From: Octopus sinensis
Lineage: Eukaryota
Direction: 5' to 3'
Assembly (NCBI RefSeq): GCF_006345805.1
Contig: NC_042997.1
Span: 22,816,001-22,880,000, forward strand
DNA: 64,000 bases
Position numbers and translations under genes: made by a program. Numbering within the stretch: position 1 is the stretch's first letter; every line of letters begins with the position of its first letter. Below, in pieces: positions 49,601-58,600 of this stretch. The notes below the pieces were generated by a model. It was not told where the DNA came from. It saw only the letters and a list, made by a program, of their open reading frames with translations, and ran no database searches.

Positions 49601-52600
49601 TAACTGCTCATACCTGAATTCTAAGACCTGTATTTCATAAAGATTTCTCTTTGATGCAAGTTAGAATTCAAATATGGGCAGTAATTTTAACCAATGGGAA
49701 ACTAACAATTATACCTATTTGGCCAACATGACCATGACGTCATATTACTACTGATAAAGGTTTATTATAAGTTGCTACAATGGAAATAGGAGATTAATTA
49801 TACTCTTGGGAGAGAAAAATCCATATTAGCCCTGATCATGCACACCTATGGTCGAAAGTATTCCTGCTTTAACCTGCTCATCTTTTCCTTGGGACAGTGG
49901 CCTCAAGACCATTAAATCCACTTTGTCATTTTTTTTAATGCAGTGTGAGGAAGATTTACCGGCTATGTATGGCAGGTCAAGCAACAGTAGGAACTTCCTC
50001 ATCAGTTTTATAATAGAGAAGTTGATTTGTAATATGACTAATGCCTGGGTTATTTATACAAAATATGACAGCCATTGTTTTCACAGCAATCAATATTCTG
50101 AAAGAAAAACACCTTTGAAAGAAAGCAGGAGATTTCAATGATTATGTTAAGAAATGTATGTATGAAGTGTAAAACCATTGTATCTGTAATGCAGAAGACA
50201 CAAGATTCCTCATGTGAACATAATCTTCTGTAACATTAATTTCAGGAAGGTTATAAGCTAATTGTTTTCATATGATACGGGGAAGACTGCTAGATAAATT
50301 AGGATTGTCCTAGATCAAAAACAAAATAAAATTATTACCACCATTGCTCTTTGTGAAGAACTGAGCTTTACAATAAATTTTGTTATAGAAGATGAAGAAT
50401 GACTTTGTAATGATCAAGTGACATGCATTATGAGCAAGTGGTTAATCTGTTTTGTGAGAAAGCAAACTTATAAAGGAAAGGTGGGTGCTTCTGTTGAATA
50501 ACCTATTATGGATGAAGCCAATTGAGCTAACCAATAGTGAAGAATACATTAGTGGAACACTAACTATTAAAAATTACTGGTAAATGTATAAGAATTGGAA
50601 GAAGAGAGTAAATTAAAAGTAGAGTAGGATTTAGCCAATATTCAAAGATTTGGGGACAAGGGACATGATATGTTTCAATTTATAAGATACCATGTGGAAA
50701 TTTGAGAGGATCAATGATAAAGAAAGCATTCATTTTGTTACAAATAAATGGATGAGAAACTGTGCATGCTTTGATAAGCTATGTAGTGACCACAAAGAGG
50801 AGAACACTTGTAAGGCAACAGAACAGGCAGAAAGATAATGACTTTTCTATTACAGTTTGGTAATTGGATAAATGCCAATCATAAGAAGTTAAGAGTATAC
50901 AGAGGGTTATTTTTAGAAAATATTTTGGCATCTTGGGAATTTTTTTTTTACATTTCCTGATTAGATTGGAATAGAGAAATCTGTTATGCTAGGTAATTTT
51001 TTGTGGTAGATGAGAGAAAATATGTTGGATATACAACACTAATTTTGAATAAAGTTTGATCTTTGGTTAATTAAACACAATTAGCTTAAAGGCTGTGATT
51101 GACATTTGTAAGATAATCAACAGATTAATGATAAAAATGGTTAATGTATGTATCATGAAAAGTGTTGTGGGTTAATTGTAGAAGATACATGCATTTAAGA
51201 TCAGTAAAGTCATGAGAAAAATGGCTACATCAGTCTGTATATACAGACCTGGGACACCTGGGAAGGTAATCTAATGCATACTAGCAAATACAGCTAGGTA
51301 ATGTCTATATAAAAGTCTCTTGATAAGATTTTAAAGTGATCCAGAAGTGCTGAGTGATCCTAGTGGAGGGAATCTTAAAAAAAAGAAAATGGAAAAAGTA
51401 ATGAGGTCTGATTTCAGATTAGTGAAACTCACAAAAGAGATGATGCTGGGCCACAAGAGGCAAGATGCTTTTCTAGAGAAGATTTGTCCAGCCGATTCAA
51501 TTGTGGATAAAACAGATGTATGTAGTGACAGTGCAGTGTCTATTGTTGTTTAAACTACAATGGGAAATTATCAAATTAGTTCTTCTGTTCAGGTGGATTG
51601 TTAATTCAGATATCCTGCAATGCTAATATTTTCTTTCTTCAACTCTAGAAAAATTATCCTAAATATTACATTTCCTTATGATAACTTAATAAGAACAAAA
51701 ACTTTATGAAATGATAAAATATATAATAAAGATTTAATCACATGTATGTATTTTAAGATCTCATGATTAATATTTATCCAAATATTAATTGATCAGATTC
51801 TCATTGTTGTGCATATTAGTAATAATTACTGTAGAATAAAGTTACTATAGCTTTTTATCTTAGCTTACTCCTTTAGAGAAACACAGCCAACATGTAAAAT
51901 GTGATATTTATCTAATGTAATCTTTTCAATATTTTAGATTGATCATAAAAAACCTGAGGGTTACTTGGAAAAGGCCTTTGCACAGATGATAGTAAATGCT
52001 GCAAACAAAGATATCAGGTTGTAAAATTACATCTCTTCCAAACTAAAATAACTGAATATTTAAGACATTTTGTCATTTTCTTTTACACTTTGATATCGAA
52101 GAACATAAAGTAGATAATGCTTATCATAAAACTGAATGAAGTTTATTCATGCTATAAGACAATTGGTAGGCTTGTGTTATTTTCTGGTTGCTACCTAGAC
52201 CATCATGTAGCTTTTGTATTCATGAACATTTCACAGTTACTATTGTTGTATTCCCTATCAATGTTCAACTTTACAACATCAAATATCCTTTCAAGGTAAC
52301 TACACATTCTTCACTTGGTTGGATTTTGTCTTCAGAGACAAAAAATACTTCAGCCTTGAACATCAGATTATCCTATACAAAGCATAATATATGCTAGATT
52401 AGAATATTGCTGTACATTTGGGATAATATATCCTCCAAACACACTGTAGATTACAACCCCTCAAAAATTTAGAGATAATCAAGCTTTAACTCCTCATATT
52501 TCATAATCCACTATTAAGATGTGCCCTTCCTCTTATTTTTCTAATGTCCTTAAAACCATTTCTACTCCTCTCCACCTAGTGACTGAAACATATGATACAC

Positions 52601-55600
52601 CCATTTGTGCTGCTCCTGTCTCCACCACCTCCACTGTGTTTTGTCCTTCTCAGAATTTCATCTTTTAAATTGAAAATTCCTCACACTAATCTCATTCAGT
52701 TATGCTTACACCTCAGTCTAGAATGGCATAAAAAGGCTATGGGCGCTACCCCTTTTCCTCAGAACAATTAATAAAAAAGGTAAATGAACATACTTATTTC
52801 TTTTCATGTGACACAAGAGTCTTTTTGTAAGGAGAGAGTGTGAGGCAATAGAATTAACTTTAGTCTCTTATAGGTATCTATATTATCAAGTCTAAAGAGA
52901 GTGCACTGAACATGTATGTGGCTCTCTACTGCCTGTGCTGTCTCCTCCGTAATATACATGAACATACTAGTTTTTCCAATTTCATATTTGTAAATAAATT
53001 TTGTTTCAGTTTCTAGTGTAAGATTTTAAGAGTACGTTATGAACTAAAAAGCTGGTTCTCAATATTGATTATCAGTCTTTCTAGGCTTCGATAAATAAAG
53101 CCATTTTGAATTAGTATCTAACACCTACGCTTTTCAAATATGTTGAGTTTGTGGTAACCACTAAGCATTCATCAGCTAATTCTGTGTTACATTGAGAGCT
53201 AATGATGGTTAACCCAAAGCCCTTTTCACTTGCAAGAGAAGCATTAGATCAAGATTTTAAAATTACATTTTTTTTTGTATTTTTAACCAGATGGAATTAG
53301 TTTGTACCTGTAACATTCAAAGGCTCTCCAACACTGGTGAAATAGTTGCAGTTTGTGTTCAGCTTGAACAGCTGTAGGTCAACAACTGTAAAAAAACATG
53401 GCAGAAAAAAAATTTCAGAGAGTTGACTTTCTGGGAATAAAGGATTGGGTATAATGGTTAGTGTGTGTCTGAGGAGACAGTATAAGTGTGTTGCGTGGTC
53501 TCGGGTGAAGGAAGCATGCAGCTAGCTAATTCTGAGAAGCAATGATAGGAAAAGCAGTAGTATTCTCTTTTTTGCTTCTTAAATGGCTTGGTGGAGGCAG
53601 GCCAGTGTCATGATTCTTTGCAGAGCTTCCATTACTTCAAAATTAGGTCTGGATGAGGAAAAAATTTAAACAGTTAGAAAGCGACTGGCTGATCTATATA
53701 TGAGTTCAGAAGTTTAAACAGAGAACAGATTAGTTTGGGGCAAAAATGGGAATGGCTATTGGCCAGATGATAGTGTAGAAATAATGCAAGAAAATAAATG
53801 AGATTCTTGTACTCTGTAACATTGTTCAGCTTACTGTATGAAGTACCTGCATTACAAAGAATAGTTTTGATAGGCACACCTCATTACAAAATATTTAGTT
53901 TTCAAGCTTTACTCGCAAGAAAATCATCAATAGAGCTATGCACAGTATATATGTTCTCATTTTTTCCTTATTACTGCTGCATATTCTGGCCAGGAGGGTT
54001 TAATCCTGCTTGATTCTAACTGCAGTATTTTTTTATATCTCAGCAGCTAAAACTACTACATTTGTTATCCACCTTACTTCCAATTCCACACTGTACATGT
54101 AGCAAACATCCTCCTTTTGAGCTTCCTTTTAATTATCATCACCTGCTAAACAACTGCTTCTGACAACATGCATATCCATCACCTTGTAAAACTACTTGTA
54201 CCATATTTTCTATCCTCAGTCATCATCATCATTTAACGTCTGCTTTCCATGCTTGCATGGGTTGGATGGTTTGATCAAGGACTGGTGAGCCAGAAGGCTG
54301 CACCAGGTGCAATCTGATCTGGCAATGTTTCTACAGCTGGATGCCCTTCCTAATGCAAACCACTCCGAGAGTGTAGTATAACTTCTACATCATCATCATC
54401 ATCATCGTTTAACATCCGCTTTCCATGCTAGCATGGGTTGGACGATTTGACTGTGGACTGGCAAATAAATTACCGATACCTTAAAAGTATTTTATTTCAA
54501 TGGGTCACTGTATTACAGAAAATATTCATGAATTTTAGTTAATATTATCTCTAGTAGACAGGTGCAAACTCCTTGACTTTGTATACAGTAACTTCATGAA
54601 TGGTGAAAAGGAATCAGCCAGACCAGTTTCAATCTTAGACACATATAGACAATATTTTATTTCATATATTATCCTCAAACATACTAGGATGCCATCTATG
54701 CAAATAGATATTGGATAACGAATTAAAAAAAAAAAAAAAAGAAACTAATAGCAGCTCCTACCAAGTCTACAAACATACACACACATGCACACCGTACACC
54801 TAGCACACTTTACAAGATTTCTGCTCACTCATGTAATGAATCTCTATGGAGTATCTTGGTTATTACATGTGGATAGAATAGCCCATCATGGAGATGGGCT
54901 GTACTATCTTGTGTATAAACAGGTGGTTCTAAAGGCTGCCACTCTATAATAACTCAACCCTTCTATATGTTCCCTCCCAAAATACATTAATCACCAAGCA
55001 GCCATGCATCAGCCAACCTCATTTACCCCTATGAACAAAGCTACCATACAATCCCCCCCTCTCTCTCTCAATAGCTTAAAGAGAAACTTTCATGATCACT
55101 TCAGCTTGACAAAGTGACTGCTTTCAACAGTATTCCTGCTGTTGTCTTCAAATACTGTACACATGTTGACTTCATTCAACTGTATGTTACACTCCCTAAC
55201 ATGTCTTTTCTTTAGCTACATTTTCTACTCTTCTGAATTAACAATCTGTAGGTGATAAGACTTTCCTCATTTTATCAGCTTTACTGCCAGACCCTATACT
55301 GCATGCTTTCCCTAATTTTTCCTTCTCAGAATTATCATCCTCTGGAATGTTCTCTCTCAGCTTAAAGTTTTCCAACTGACAGCAAATTGTATGAGTTCAA
55401 GCTGAACATCAGCTGCCAACTTCACCAGTGTGGGAGAAGCTACAAGTATTATGGGATCTACCTTTTCCCTTATGCTAAATAGTAACATTCTTCCACCATA
55501 CATACACACCTCTACACATATATACTTATAATTTCATATGTAGCAGCACAAAATATTGTAAATTAATTTTGCAGATGAGGATTTATATACACATTTTAAA

Positions 55601-58600
55601 GTAAAGATTTTATTAACTTTTGCAGGTATGAAGCATTTGATTTTCATCATGAATGTCGAAATATGCGATGGGAGAGGCTTTCAATTCTAATAGATTTGAT
55701 ACGTGAAGAAAGAAAAGAATTAGGGTGAGTATTTCTTTTATCTCTCATCAGTGTAATATAATTTCAATTTTTATTGTGTTGTTATACTCTTTTACTCTTT
55801 ACTCTTTTACTTGTTTCAGTCATTTGACTGCGGCCATGCTGGAGCACCGCCTTTAGTCGAGCAAATCAACCCCGGGACTTATTCTTTGTAAGCCCAGTAC
55901 TTATTCTATCGGTCTCTTTTGCCGAACCGCTAAGTGACGGGGACGTAAACACGCCAGCATCGGTTGTCAAGCAATGCTAGGGGGACAGACACACAAACAC
56001 ACACACATACAAATACACATATATATATATATATACATATATACGACAGGCTTCTTTCAGTTTCTGTCTACCAAATCCACTCACAAGGCATTGGTCGGCC
56101 TGGGGCTATAGCAGAAAACACTTGCCCAAGATGCCATGCAATGGGACTGAACCCGGAACCATGTGGTTGGTTAGCAAGCTACTTACCACACAGCCACTCC
56201 TGCGCCTGTACACCTGTTATGATTGTACACTTAAAATTTTTTTTGTGCCACATTTCTCCTCTAACTGTATAAGAGTGCTTATCGCCATCATCATCATTTA
56301 ACATCCTCCTTCCATGCTGACATGGGTTAGATGGTTTAACAAGACCTGGCCAGGCAGGAACCTGTGCCATACTTCTGAATGTGTTTTGGCATGGTGTTTA
56401 CAGCTGGATGCCCATCCTAACACCAACCACTCTGTAGAATGGGCTGAGTGCTTTTTATGTAGCATGTCAGTTTTGGCATGATTTTATAGTTGGATGCCTT
56501 TCTAAATGCCTATCACTACCTTACAGTGTGGACTGGGTGCTTTTTAAGTGGCACCTGTACTGGCTTTGCAAGATAAAGAGTCTTTGAGAGGGGAGGGAGC
56601 ATTGGAGGAGGTGATCTTGTGTCAGATGATGAAAGATTAGAATGTGAGAGAGAGGCAGAAACAGATATCTTGCTGTAGAGGAGGTCCATGGTTACCCAGC
56701 CAGAGAGAGGGAGAGAAAGAGACCAAGAGTTAACAAGAATAAGGGTAGAAACAGGTTTGTTGCTGTAGAGGAGATACATGATTACTCAGCCAGAGGGAAA
56801 GTGAGGGATGGCAGCAAGTGCCAGGGTATACTTGCGAGGAATGGGGATCAGGGCATAGATGGAATGGTAGAGTAAGGAAGAGGGAGATGAATTGTGGCAG
56901 GTGCTGGCAGGGTATTGCTAAGGAGTCGGGAGTGGGAGAATGCAGTGACTGGAAAGAATCTGGGTATATAGAGGGGGAGGAGACAGGAGGAAGTGGTGAT
57001 GCAGTGAGCAGGGTAGTGAGGACTGAGTTGGGGGTGGGGACTACTATGACTGGTGAGAATCTAGGTATGTAGAGGGTGGTTGCACCGATACAGTGAGCAG
57101 GGTAGCAAGGACTGGATTGGGGAGTAAGAGATAATCATAGTGTGTGAAGAGGAAATGTGAGGAAGAGAAGAGAAACACTTTGGGATGGGAAGGAGGGTGG
57201 ATTAGGGCAGAGTGAAAATTGCAAATTTCAAAATTGGTAACCAAGAATCGATATTTTTATTCTTTTATAGGTTTCAAATGACAATTTATAAAATGTTTAT
57301 CACTCAACATTTGTTTTATTCTTTTAATGTATAATGGAGAAACTTATATATTTATAGATTTTTCTCTTCATCGCGAGATGGCATTACCTTAACACAGCAG
57401 AATGGTGTCTTTCGGACAAACTGCATTGATTGCCTAGATCGTACCAATGTTGTACAAAGTATGTTAGCCAAAGAGTCATTACAAGATCAGTTAATTGTAA
57501 GTATGCAAATTTCATTCATTTTGTCTTTAAGCAAGTATACAAATGTCTTCAATTTTCTTAAAAACATTTCATCCATGTTGAAGAATGATTACAAAGATTT
57601 TATCTCTTTTTAGGAAATGTGATACTTGTTCACATGACAAATATGGTGTTAATTATAATCATCTTCAAACATCAATTGATATCAGTCTACACAGTTAACG
57701 CAGTTGGTGTTACAACCCAATGTGTTATGCTGTACAGTTAATTGACCTGGATTTTATTCTTTTATATCTTCCTATAATCAACAACTTATTACATGAACTG
57801 GGTGTGTTGTGCCACCATCACTAAGAGAGATTATAATCATGATAAACCACAAGTCTTTTAAAACTAAACACTTCGTCCTCCATGTATCACTTGTAATTTA
57901 GAGTGGCTTGTGGATCCATTTTTCTCCTCTACATGAGTGTTTTTTTGTTTTTTTTTACATAACCAATGCCATTAATGGACTACTTTGACTACAGGACCAA
58001 AAACAATGATGTAGGTTGTTACCTGAATAAAAGGAGGGAAAGGAGGCTTGCATAGCATGAAGTTCATATCTTCATCAATGTCTTGTAACAGTAAGAATGA
58101 TTTCAGCTATCTTAGAGTACAGAAAAGTATATTAGTTTTTCAAGAGTTGAACATAATACTTCACTGCCTCTCTGTGAGAACACATCCCTTTCTAGTAGGA
58201 TTTTGGCTTTACAAAAAGCATATTGTTTTGTAATTCTGTATGTGAGAAACCTGATTAGTTCCTAATGTATATATCTATGATACAAAAATGAGAATTTAAT
58301 TCACAAAATGTCTTTACTACAGTGAGCATCTTTTCTGATTTGACTTTCGATGTTGGGGTAGTTTTCACTCTTTAATGGAAATGAAGCAGCCTTTCATTGC
58401 AATTATTCAAATTATTGTATAATAATAATGAAATTATTATATATTGTGTTGCATTTAAGAAAAAATTGTATCAAAAACATTTCTTTCTTTGTTACAGCAT
58501 GTTGATATTAAAGATAAAAATCATGCAAATTTTTGCACCCTCTGCACATGCATATGAAAGAGAGAGATGACACAAATACAGTGTACTTATGAATCAATAT

